Below the pieces are notes generated by a model, which had not been told where the DNA came from, did not search any database, and worked only from the letters and a program-made list of their open reading frames with translations. From assembly GCA_963765175.1 (NCBI GenBank), contig CAVXUY010000006.1, positions 24,211 to 88,210 of the forward strand: a DNA stretch of 64,000 nt, written 5' to 3'. This document shows, piece by piece, positions 1 through 10,148 of the stretch (position 1 is its first letter; the number at the start of each line of letters is the position of its first letter). Source of the DNA: an uncultured Actinomycetes bacterium. GTDB taxonomy: Bacteria > Actinomycetota > Thermoleophilia > Gaiellales > Gaiellaceae. A program made the translations under genes and the position numbers.

Positions 1-220
1 CGTGTGGGCAGCGCCGGCGAGCCTCGGCGGAGCTCATGGCCGAGTGGATGCCGTAGCGGCGCGCGACGTAGTTCGCCGTCGACACGACGCCGCGCCCCTG
101 CGGGTCGCCGCCGACGACGAGCGGCTGCTCGCGGAGCGACGGGTCCTCGAGCTCCTCGACCGCGGCGAAGAAGGCGTCCAGGTCGAGGTGGGCGAGAATC
201 GGCGTGGGCGCCACGGGCAC
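1..220 (-). CDS. dinB: DNA polymerase IV (Y-family) N-terminal part; the gene runs off the left edge
   Basis: Not in the ORF track. Reverse translation from GTG at 220 gives [73 protein letters not shown], the DinB N-terminal signature (DxDAFFAxVE ... VVSTAxYxAR). Confidence 0.8.
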   Translation of the reverse strand, partial: MPVAPTPILAHLDLDAFFAAVEELEDPSLREQPLVVGGDPQGRGVVSTANYVARRYGIHSAMSSAEARRRCPH

Positions 221-263
221 GGCGCAAGGCTAGAACGCCGCTCGGAGCCCTATCGTTTCTTAT

Positions 264-1400
264 GTGGACGCAGCTCCGCCTCTGCCGCCTCCCGCGATCG
301 AGCAGCCCGCGCCGCGGCAGGTCTCGTACGGCATCGTCAGCGGGCGCGCGGCGCCCGGAGCTCGCCGCGTCGTCGTCTACGCGGGGGGACGCGAGCTCGG
401 CCACCGTTCGTTGCGCGCCGGATCAACCCGGGGCCGCCGATTCTGGCTTCGCGTCGTGCTCCCGCCGGGCGACAGGGCCGTGAGGGTCACGACGACGACG
501 GCCGACGGGCGCAGCTCCTCCGGCGTCGTGCGCGACGTCTTCGCCCTGCCGGCCGCCGCGCAGCCCCGCTTCGTCCGCGCACGGGAGGATCCCGCACTCG
601 CCGCGAAGCTGGGACCGCTCGTACGCCGGTTCCCGGGGACGGGTGCGTACTACGTCCAGAGCCTGACGACCGGCGGCGGAGCGGCGTGGAATGCCCGCGC
701 GCGCTTCCCCGCGGCCTCGACGCTCAAGCTTGCGATCGCCGTGACCGCGCTCGTCCGCCACGCGGGGATTCCGGCGCCCGGCTCGTACGTCGGCGGCCTC
801 TTCCAGGAGATGATCACGGTCTCGGACGACAAGGCGGCAAACGCGCTCGAGGTCTGGATGGCCGGCTCGACCAGTGCCGGCTCCGACCTGGTCAACGGGA
901 TGATGCGCTCGATCGGCCTCGTCGACTCGATCATGTACGGCGGCTACGCGACCGACGAGGTGAGGATGCCGTCGGGCCGGATTCCCGTCCGGGTGGACGA
1001 GCAGCCGGCGTGGGGCACCGGCAAGTACACGACCGCGTGGGACATGTCTCGGCTGTGGCGCGCCGTCTGGCTTGCCTCCGGAGGCGTCGGCCCGCTCCGC
1101 GCGAAGCAGCCCGGGTTCACGCCCGCCGACGCCCGCTATCTCCTCTGGCTCCTCGCACACGTGAGCGATTCGCGGAAGCTGGACACGAGCCTACGCGGCC
1201 GAGCAGGGGTGTCCGTCCTGCACAAGGCGGGCTGGATCTCGAGAGCGCGCCACGACACTGGCCTCGTCTTCTGGCCGGGAGGAGTCTTCGTCGCTGGGGT
1301 GATGACGTGGAACGGGGCCGGCGTCGGATCCGCCTCCGATCTGCTCGCCGGACGCGTCGCCGCGGCCTCGCTTGCGCGCTTCCGCAAGCCTCGCGGTTGA
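264..1400 (+). CDS. class A beta-lactamase-like serine hydrolase with an N-terminal extension of about 110 aa
   Basis: 378-aa ORF with S-x-x-K (ASTLKLAI), SDD (SDN-like) and KAGW (KTG-like) motifs. No clear signal peptide; start uncertain. Confidence 0.7.
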   Translation: MDAAPPLPPPAIEQPAPRQVSYGIVSGRAAPGARRVVVYAGGRELGHRSLRAGSTRGRRFWLRVVLPPGDRAVRVTTTTADGRSSSGVVRDVFALPAAAQPRFVRAREDPALAAKLGPLVRRFPGTGAYYVQSLTTGGGAAWNARARFPAASTLKLAIAVTALVRHAGIPAPGSYVGGLFQEMITVSDDKAANALEVWMAGSTSAGSDLVNGMMRSIGLVDSIMYGGYATDEVRMPSGRIPVRVDEQPAWGTGKYTTAWDMSRLWRAVWLASGGVGPLRAKQPGFTPADARYLLWLLAHVSDSRKLDTSLRGRAGVSVLHKAGWISRARHDTGLVFWPGGVFVAGVMTWNGAGVGSASDLLAGRVAAASLARFRKPRG

Positions 1401-1461
1401 CCCTACCTCACTCGCTACACTTTTCGAACCAAGTACGACCTCCGAACGAAAGCGAGAAGCG

Positions 1462-3745
<2,284 letters not shown>

Positions 3746-3759
<14 letters not shown>

Positions 3760-4060
3760 ACCCCACGACCCCGTCCCCGAGGAGGTCCGCCGCGTCGCGG
3801 ACCTCCTCGAGCGGCGCTACGCGGTCTCGATCCTGTACGCGTCGCACCAGGGCTGCACGCGCTTCACGGAGTTCCGACGGGCACTCGGCTCGATCCCGCC
3901 GGGCACGCTCGCGCAGCGGCTCGTGGAGCTCGAGGATGCCGGCGTGCTCCGCCGCGAGGTGCGCACGGAGCGTCCGACGCGCGTCGAGTACGTGCTGACG
4001 ATCGAGGGTCAGCAGCTGCGGTCGCTGATCGACGCGGTCGCGGCCTGGGCGAAGACCTAG
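3746..4060 (+). CDS. HxlR-family winged-helix transcriptional regulator
   Basis: 104 aa; RFTEFRRALGSIPPGTLAQRLVELEDAGVLRREV..RVEYVLT pattern. The start overlaps the lon 3' end. Confidence 0.8.
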
Positions 4061-4101
4061 GCGTCGACGCGGAGCCGCTTCGGGCGGTAATACTTCCCAG
4101 A

Positions 4102-4608
4102 ATGAAGCGGCTCGCCGACCCGTACCGGGACCTCGACGTCATCGACTCGCGCGCGCCGCGGTTCAACCAGGCGGTCGTCGGGCTCCTCGCCGGGATCGCC
4201 GTCCTCACGGGCTGGTGGTGGCTGCTCGCGCTACTCGCCGCGCAGCTCGCGGTAGGGCTTACCTTCGGACGGCGCTACTGCCTCCCCTGCCTCGCGTACT
4301 TCGAGCTCGTCCAGCCGCGCTTCGGCGAAGGACCGCTCGAGGACGCACGACCGCCGCGCTTCGCGAACATGGTCGGCGTCGCGTTCCTCTCGGCCGCGGC
4401 GCTCGCGTACCTCGCGGGCGCGGGCGCCCTCGGCGCGGTGCTCGGATCGCTGGTCGCCGTCCTCGCCCTCGCCGCCTCGGCGACCGGATTCTGCGCAGGC
4501 TGTGAGGCGTACAAGCTCGGCCACTTGCTGACGGGGAGGCCGTTCGTCTCGTGCCCGCTGCCGCCGCGTCCAGCCGAGGGCGTAGGCGCGGCCACCGACC
4601 GCAGCTAG
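4102..4608 (+). CDS. integral membrane protein, DUF4395-like
   Basis: 168 aa with several TM helices and CLPC / CAGC cysteine pairs. Family name recalled from memory. Confidence 0.6.
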   Translation: MKRLADPYRDLDVIDSRAPRFNQAVVGLLAGIAVLTGWWWLLALLAAQLAVGLTFGRRYCLPCLAYFELVQPRFGEGPLEDARPPRFANMVGVAFLSAAALAYLAGAGALGAVLGSLVAVLALAASATGFCAGCEAYKLGHLLTGRPFVSCPLPPRPAEGVGAATDRS

Positions 4609-4619
4609 GTGGGTGGTGA

Positions 4620-4639
4620 GGGCGAGGCAAGCCTCGCCC
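4620..4639. terminator. GC-rich hairpin between convergent genes
   Basis: GGGCGAGG-CAAG-CCTCGCCC, 12 nt after the stop at 4608. Confidence 0.5.
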
Positions 4640-4657
4640 CTACACGGATCCTCGTAG

Positions 4658-4677
4658 GGGCGAGATTCATCTCGCCC
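4658..4677. terminator. GC-rich hairpin abutting the cupin stop codon
   Basis: GGGCGAGA-TTCA-TCTCGCCC, directly before the TCA (reverse TGA) at 4678. Confidence 0.5.
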
Positions 4678-5076
4678 TCAGTCGTCGTCCGGCCAGAAGT
4701 TCTCGAGGTACTCGGCGTCGCCGCGCGGGTCGTCGAGGCGGATCGAGACGATGATGAGCTCCGCGTCCTCGGGCTCGTCGTTCCAGACCGAGCGCCAGGT
4801 CTCAGGCGGGACGCGAACCGCCGACCCCGCCCCGAGCTCGACGATTTCGTCCCCGAGCTTGAACTGGAGCGTCCCCGCGACGACGAAGTAGACCTCCTCC
4901 TGCGTCTTGTGCCGGTGGCCGTACGAGCCCTTGCCCCCCGTGAACTGCGGCATCCGCCGGTACGTGAATGCCACCTGCTCGGTCTCGAGGCCGTCCGCGA
5001 GCAGCCGGATCTCGCCCGGGTAGTCGCCGAGGACGTCGTCGACCTCCTCGAGCCTGACGATCGTGTAGTCCGCCAT
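4678..5076 (-). CDS. cupin domain protein
   Basis: 132 aa; GHRHKTQEEVYFVVAGT...GSAVRVPPE two-motif cupin pattern. Confidence 0.8.
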   Translation of the reverse strand: MADYTIVRLEEVDDVLGDYPGEIRLLADGLETEQVAFTYRRMPQFTGGKGSYGHRHKTQEEVYFVVAGTLQFKLGDEIVELGAGSAVRVPPETWRSVWNDEPEDAELIIVSIRLDDPRGDAEYLENFWPDDD

Positions 5077-5106
5077 GCCTGCGCTGACTCTAACGAGGCG
5101 TAGTCC

Positions 5107-5499
5107 TTAGCTCTCGAGCGGCGGAACCGTGGCGTTGGCCGGCATGCGGCCCGGATCCGTGGCCTCGGCGTCCCGGAAGTGGCCCTTGCCCGGCCAGGGC
5201 GTGAGGAGCAGGAGGAGCCGCGAAGGCTCGAGGGCACGGACGCTCCGCGTCTCGCCCGGGTCGAAGGTCAGGAGCATCCCCGCGTCGCACTCGAGCTCGC
5301 GGCCGCCCAGCGTCACGCCCAGTCGGCCGGAGACGATCTCGACGACGGCGTGCTCGTACATCCGGTGGTCTCCCAGCGTGTCGCCTTCGTTCAGGTCGAT
5401 CACCACCGCGCGGCAGTCGGGGCGCGAGAACAGCACACGCGGCTCGCGCTTCCCGTCCGCCTCGATCGAGGGCAGATGCCAGCGCTCCACGCGGGCCAA
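5107..5499 (-). CDS. cupin domain protein
   Basis: 130 aa; HRMYEHAVVEIVSGRL...FDPGETRSV cupin-like beta-barrel motifs. Confidence 0.7.
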   Translation of the reverse strand: MARVERWHLPSIEADGKREPRVLFSRPDCRAVVIDLNEGDTLGDHRMYEHAVVEIVSGRLGVTLGGRELECDAGMLLTFDPGETRSVRALEPSRLLLLLTPWPGKGHFRDAEATDPGRMPANATVPPLES

Positions 5500-5743
5500 G
5501 CTACCACGCTTGCCCTCCGTCTTCCGAGCCCGCCCGCCCGGCGTGGGAGGAGAGGATGTGCGACGCGTGGCGACCGGACGTTGTTAGGCTCGGCCGACCG
5601 GGTGCTCGTGCGTGGACTCTCCGCCCGTTCCCGGCTTCGAAGGCGGGGTCCCTTGCTGCGTGTGTCCGGCTCAGCCCAGTACACGACTACGAGGAAGGGG
5701 AGAGAGTCATGGGCGTAAATCAGCCTCTAGAGGAGGTCACGCG

Positions 5744-7474
5744 ATGAGTAGCCGACTTCGGCGTTCCCTACTTCTGACGACCCTGCTGGCCCTCGTGCTC
5801 GCGGTATCCGGCGCCGCGGTGACGATCGGCCTCGCGGCCAACACGAAGGACACCAAGGTCGCCGGTATTGACGTCGACGCGACGACGATCCCGGAGCTCC
5901 AGGAGCTGATGGACGCGCATCGGCTGAAGTCCGTGCAGCTGACCCAGTTCTATCTGCACCGGATCAAGAAGCTCAACCCGACGCTCAACGCGGTGATCAC
6001 GGTCAGCCCGACGGCGCTCGCCGACGCGCGGGCGGCGGACAAGGCGCGCCGTGGCGGGGACGACCGGCCGCTGCTCGGCATCCCGATCATCGTCAAGGAC
6101 AACGTCAACACGACGGGCATGCCGACGACAGCCGGCTCCTGGGCACTTGCCGGGAGCACGCCGGACGACGCGTTCATCGCCGCCCGGCTCAAGGCGGCGG
6201 GCGCGATCATCATCGGCAAGGCAAACCTCAGCGAGTGGGCGAACTTCCGGTCCGGCCCGTCTTCGTCCGGCTGGAGCGGCATCGGCGGCCAGACCAACAT
6301 GCCGTACGTCCTCGATCGCAACCCATGCGGCTCGAGCTCCGGCTCCGGGGTCGTCGCGGCTGCTGATCTCGCGGTCGCGACCGTCGGCACGGAAACGGAC
6401 GGCTCGATCGTCTGCCCGTCCGGCGCCAACGGCGTCGTCGGGATCAAGCCGACACTCGGGTTGTGGAGCCGCGCGGGCGTCATCCCGATCAGCGCCGACC
6501 AGGACACGGCCGGCCCGATGACACGCAACGTGACCGACGCTGCGGTACTTCTCGGCGCAGGGACCGGCGTCGACCCGGACGACGCGGCGACCGCCGCTCA
6601 GGCCGGCAACGCCTTCACCGACTACACGCAGTTCCTCGACGCCGAGGCTCTCGACGGCGCCCGGATCGGCGTCTGGCGTGACGGAACGTTCGGCCCCTCC
6701 ACCGCGGCGATCGCCGAGCCGATCCTGGCCGACACCATTGCCGCGCTCGAGGCCGAAGGTGCGACCGTGGTCGATCCGACCAATATCGATCTCTCGGCCG
6801 CCGCCAACGAGGGTGCCGCACTCACGTGCGAGTTCAAGACCGACATCCAGACCTACCTCGAGACGTACGTCTCCGGCACGAACCCGGTCGATGGCGAGCC
6901 CTACCCGCAGACCCTCGCGGAGTTGCTCGCGTTCAACAATGCCCATCCCGAGCTCGAGGGGCCTTGGAACAGCGCCATCTTCGTGGACGGTGTCGCGACC
7001 AACGGCCGCGACGCGGCCTGCGCGGCGCTTCGCGCGAGCGTGACACCGCCGGTCCAGGACGAGGTCGACGAGGTCATGGCTGACAACGACCTCGATGCGA
7101 TCATCGCGCTCACGAACACACCGGCCTGGATCACGAACGACAATCCCGAGGGCGGTGACTTTGCCGCAACGGACAGCTTCAATAACTTCATCGGCTCCTC
7201 GACGGCCGCGGCTGCCTCCGGCTATGCGGACATCACGGTGCCGGCTGCGTATCACGGAGTCCTGCCGATGGGCATCACCTTCATCGGCGGCCGATGGGCC
7301 GAGCCGGAACTGATCGGCCTCGCCTACGACTTCGAGCAGGCGACCGACGTTCGGGTTCCGCCGACGTTCATCCCGACCATCGGCGACGACCCCCTGGGCG
7401 GGAGTACCGCGCTGCAGCCCGCGACGACGAAGAACAAGAAGGCTGCGGGTCCGAAGATGACGTCGCTGCGCTAG
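5744..7474 (+). CDS. secreted amidase (amidase-signature family)
   Basis: AS motif CGSSSGSGVVAA..GTETDGSIVCPS. ATG 5744 is preceded by AGGAGG. N-terminus MSSRLRRSLLLTTLLALVLAV looks like a signal peptide, possibly Tat. Confidence 0.9.
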   Translation: MSSRLRRSLLLTTLLALVLAVSGAAVTIGLAANTKDTKVAGIDVDATTIPELQELMDAHRLKSVQLTQFYLHRIKKLNPTLNAVITVSPTALADARAADKARRGGDDRPLLGIPIIVKDNVNTTGMPTTAGSWALAGSTPDDAFIAARLKAAGAIIIGKANLSEWANFRSGPSSSGWSGIGGQTNMPYVLDRNPCGSSSGSGVVAAADLAVATVGTETDGSIVCPSGANGVVGIKPTLGLWSRAGVIPISADQDTAGPMTRNVTDAAVLLGAGTGVDPDDAATAAQAGNAFTDYTQFLDAEALDGARIGVWRDGTFGPSTAAIAEPILADTIAALEAEGATVVDPTNIDLSAAANEGAALTCEFKTDIQTYLETYVSGTNPVDGEPYPQTLAELLAFNNAHPELEGPWNSAIFVDGVATNGRDAACAALRASVTPPVQDEVDEVMADNDLDAIIALTNTPAWITNDNPEGGDFAATDSFNNFIGSSTAAAASGYADITVPAAYHGVLPMGITFIGGRWAEPELIGLAYDFEQATDVRVPPTFIPTIGDDPLGGSTALQPATTKNKKAAGPKMTSLR

Positions 7475-7494
7475 GCGGCGACCATCGCAGACAC

Positions 7495-7526
7495 GACGAA
7501 GCCCGGCCATTCGGCCGGGCTTCGTC
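7495..7526 (+). terminator. intrinsic-terminator-like hairpin after the amidase
   Basis: GACGAAGCCCGGCC-ATTC-GGCCGGGCTTCGTC, a perfect 14-bp stem. Confidence 0.7.
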
Positions 7527-7639
7527 CTGTTGCAGAGCGCGTTGCGGTGAACTACCGAGCGCCTGCCCGTGGCGCCCACGATGCCGGCAGGCGGCGGTCG
7601 GCGGACCATGGCTCCGTAACCCGACAGAAGGAGGCCGTC

Positions 7640-8701
7640 ATGTCTGCAACTGAGGTGCAGCGCTCGAGCGCGAAGGTTGCGACCACCTCGTACCGCGCCG
7701 CGATCGTGCACGACTTCGCGGAGCCGCTCCGCGTCGAGGAAGTCGAGCGGCGCCCGCTCAGGCCTGGTCAGATCCGGGTGCAGATCGAAGCCTCCGGTCT
7801 CTGCCACACGGACATCCACGCCGCTCACGGCGACTGGCCCGTGAAGCCTTCGCCGCCGTTCGTCCCCGGTCACGAAGGTGTCGGGATCGTCGAGGAGCTG
7901 GGCCCTGGCGTCGTCGAGGTCGGAGTCGGCGACCGCGTCGCGCTGCCGTGGCTCGGCTATGCGTGCGGCACCTGCGACTACTGCGTGTCCGGATGGGAGA
8001 CGCTCTGCCACGAGCAGAAGAACATGGGCTATTCCATCGACGGCGGGTTCGGCGAGTACGCGACGGCCTATGCGCGGTACGTGGTCAAGGTTCCCGACAG
8101 GATCGACCCGTTCGACGCGGCGCCGCTCACCTGCGCCGGGGTCACGACGTACAAGGCGGTCAAGGTCGCCGGGACGCGATCCTCGGATCTCGTCGCCGTG
8201 TTCGGCGTCGGCGGCCTCGGGCACATGGCGATCCAGTACGCGCGCATCGCGGGCGGACGAGTGATCGCGGTCGATCTGCACGACGAGAAGCTCGACCTCG
8301 CCCGCGGCCTCGGCGCCGAGTTCACGGTGAACGCGGCGAAGGAGGATCCAGCCGCCGCGATCCAGGCGCTCGGCGGCGCCGACCAGGCGATCGCGCTCGC
8401 TGTCTCGCCGAGGTCGTTCGAGCAGGCGTACCGCTCGCTTCGCCGGGGCGGCACGCTCGTCTTCGTCGCGCTGCCGGCAGAGAACGAGATGACCCTGCCG
8501 ATCTTCGAGACCGTCCTCAACGGCATCACCGTCGTCGGCTCGATCGTGGGCACGCGGACCGACCTGCGCGAGGTCTTCGAGCTGCATGCAGCCGGGAAGA
8601 CCGTCGTCACGCGGGAGATCCGGCCGTTGGAGGAGGTGAACGAGGCGATCGCGGACGTCGAGGCAGGGCGGGTCGCGGCTCGCATCGTCTTCCGCCCGTA
8701 G
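7640..8701 (+). CDS. zinc-dependent alcohol dehydrogenase (MDR family)
   Basis: GLCHTDIH, GHEGVGIV, C-x2-C-x2-C-x7-C structural zinc site, GVGGLGH NAD fold. ATG 7640 follows GAAGGAGG. Confidence 0.9.
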   Translation: MSATEVQRSSAKVATTSYRAAIVHDFAEPLRVEEVERRPLRPGQIRVQIEASGLCHTDIHAAHGDWPVKPSPPFVPGHEGVGIVEELGPGVVEVGVGDRVALPWLGYACGTCDYCVSGWETLCHEQKNMGYSIDGGFGEYATAYARYVVKVPDRIDPFDAAPLTCAGVTTYKAVKVAGTRSSDLVAVFGVGGLGHMAIQYARIAGGRVIAVDLHDEKLDLARGLGAEFTVNAAKEDPAAAIQALGGADQAIALAVSPRSFEQAYRSLRRGGTLVFVALPAENEMTLPIFETVLNGITVVGSIVGTRTDLREVFELHAAGKTVVTREIRPLEEVNEAIADVEAGRVAARIVFRP

Positions 8702-8712
8702 GGGGGTGCATC

Positions 8713-8754
8713 GGATCGTTCCGGCGCCCTCCGTTCCCGGCGCCGGAACGATCC
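8713..8754 (+). terminator. strong hairpin after the ADH gene
   Basis: GGATCGTTCCGGCGCC / GGCGCCGGAACGATCC, a perfect 16-bp stem with a 10-nt loop. Confidence 0.7.
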
Positions 8755-8798
8755 CAGGTCTGTAAGGGTCTCGGAAAAGGTCGAGAAGGAGGTCTCGC

Positions 8799-9518
8799 AT
8801 GTCCACCCTTCCAGCTCACCCAATTCGCGTCGAGGGCAGGCTCGATCCGCAGGTCAGTCGCTGGCTCTGGCTCGTCAAGTGGCTGCTCGCGATCCCGCAC
8901 TACATCGTCCTCTTCTTCCTGTTCATCGCGTTCTTCGTGCTTACGATCGTCGCGTTCTTCGCGATCCTCTTCACGGGGCGCTATCCGCGCGGGATCTTCG
9001 ACTTCAACGTCGGCGTGCTGCGTTGGGCGTGGCGGGTCGCGTTCTACTCGTACGGCGCGCTCGGCACCGACCGCTATCCGCCCTTCACGCTTGCAGACGT
9101 GCCCGAGTACCCGGCGCGCGTCGAGGTGGCGTATCCCGAGCGGCTGTCACGGGGTCTCGTGCTCGTCAAGTGGTGGCTGCTCGTGATCCCGCACTACCTC
9201 TTGCTGAGTGTCTTCCTCGGGGGAGGTGGCTGGTCCTGGGGGATGGGAGACTGGGACGGGAACGACTACGGCCCGGGCGGCGGCCATCCGGGCTTGCTCC
9301 TGCTCCTCGTCGTGTTCGCCGGGATCGCGCTCCTCTTCACGACCCGCTACCCGCGCGGGATCTTCGACTTCGTCCTCGGACTCGACCGATGGGTCCTGCG
9401 GGTCGTCGGGTACGCAGCGTTGATGACCGACTCATATCCGCCGTTCCGGCTGGACCAGGGCGCGGAGGAGCCCGGCGAGCCCGAGCCCGTAGCGGCGCCC
9501 GCGACATCTGAGCTCTGA
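8799..9518 (+). CDS. membrane protein with two DUF4389-like repeats
   Basis: 239 aa; internal duplication (W-L-L-x-IPHY ... RYPRGIFDF ... DRYPPF occurs twice). RBS GAAGGAGG. Confidence 0.75.
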   Translation: MSTLPAHPIRVEGRLDPQVSRWLWLVKWLLAIPHYIVLFFLFIAFFVLTIVAFFAILFTGRYPRGIFDFNVGVLRWAWRVAFYSYGALGTDRYPPFTLADVPEYPARVEVAYPERLSRGLVLVKWWLLVIPHYLLLSVFLGGGGWSWGMGDWDGNDYGPGGGHPGLLLLLVVFAGIALLFTTRYPRGIFDFVLGLDRWVLRVVGYAALMTDSYPPFRLDQGAEEPGEPEPVAAPATSEL

Positions 9519-9520
9519 CT

Positions 9521-9557
9521 CTGCGTAGTTAGCCACTAGGCCCAGCCCTGCGTAGTT
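9521..9557. promoter_or_regulatory. two direct repeats CTGCGTAGTT upstream of the USP gene
   Basis: Copies at 9521-9530 and 9548-9557 in the 103-nt gap before ATG 9622. Confidence 0.2.
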
Positions 9558-9621
9558 CACCGCACGACGAATCGGGATGCTCGCGGACGCTACGGAGATG
9601 AGCGTCCAGCACGATCGACGC

Positions 9622-9948
9622 ATGGCAGCGCGACCGAGGCAGATTCTCGTGGGCTTCGACGGATCGGAGACATCCGAGCGCGCGCTCGACGCCGCCGCCG
9701 ACCTCGTCGGATACGGCTCGAGCCTGGCCGTCGTGCACGTCCGTCGCGCCGACTCTCCGGAAGGCGACATCATCGGCCGCGCCCGCGAGCAGCTCATCCA
9801 GCGTCAGGTCCCGGCTCGCTACGTCGAGGCTTGCGGTCATCCCGCAGAGGAGATCGTGGCGGCCGCGGAAGCGGTCGGCGCCGACCTCGTGGTGGTCGGA
9901 CGCAGGAAAGCGCTCAGGCGGACGCGATCTGCCAGTAGTGCGTCGTAG
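9622..9948 (+). CDS. universal stress protein family, with an atypical or truncated C-terminus
   Basis: ILVGFDGSETSERAL ... ADLVVVGRR, then KALRRTRSASSAS-stop instead of the G-x2-G-x9-GS tail. Start chosen at the third ATG of the ORF. Confidence 0.6.
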   Translation: MAARPRQILVGFDGSETSERALDAAADLVGYGSSLAVVHVRRADSPEGDIIGRAREQLIQRQVPARYVEACGHPAEEIVAAAEAVGADLVVVGRRKALRRTRSASSAS

Positions 9949-10148
9949 CAGACGTCCTCACGACGGCGATCGCGGCTCTGGCGCTCTTGCGCCTGCGCTA
10001 CTCGGCAGCTGCCCCGACGGCTCCCGCAGCGCGCGCCCGGCACCGGGTCGAGCGCCGTTCGACTCGCGGTCGCGCCGCGAAGCGGAAGCCGAGGCCGAAG
10101 CGGCGGTCGCGGACGCGCTGAGGGCGGCGGAGCGTCCGGGACGCGACA

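Noticed and set aside
5768-8806. Very long antisense or alternative-frame ORFs: 1012 aa here, also 1480-3684 (minus), 9938-12205 (plus), 28923-30371 (plus) and 34883-36721 (plus)
   Set aside because: They are Arg/Ala/Gly/Pro-rich and low-complexity, lack motifs, and lie opposite or overlapping genes with clear family signatures. This is the typical open-frame artefact of 70% GC DNA.
9900-10148. A frameshift that would restore the missing USP C-terminal motif
   Set aside because: None of the three downstream frames encodes a recognisable G-x2-G-x9-GS / PVLVV tail, so a simple frameshift is not supported. Truncation or divergence is more likely.
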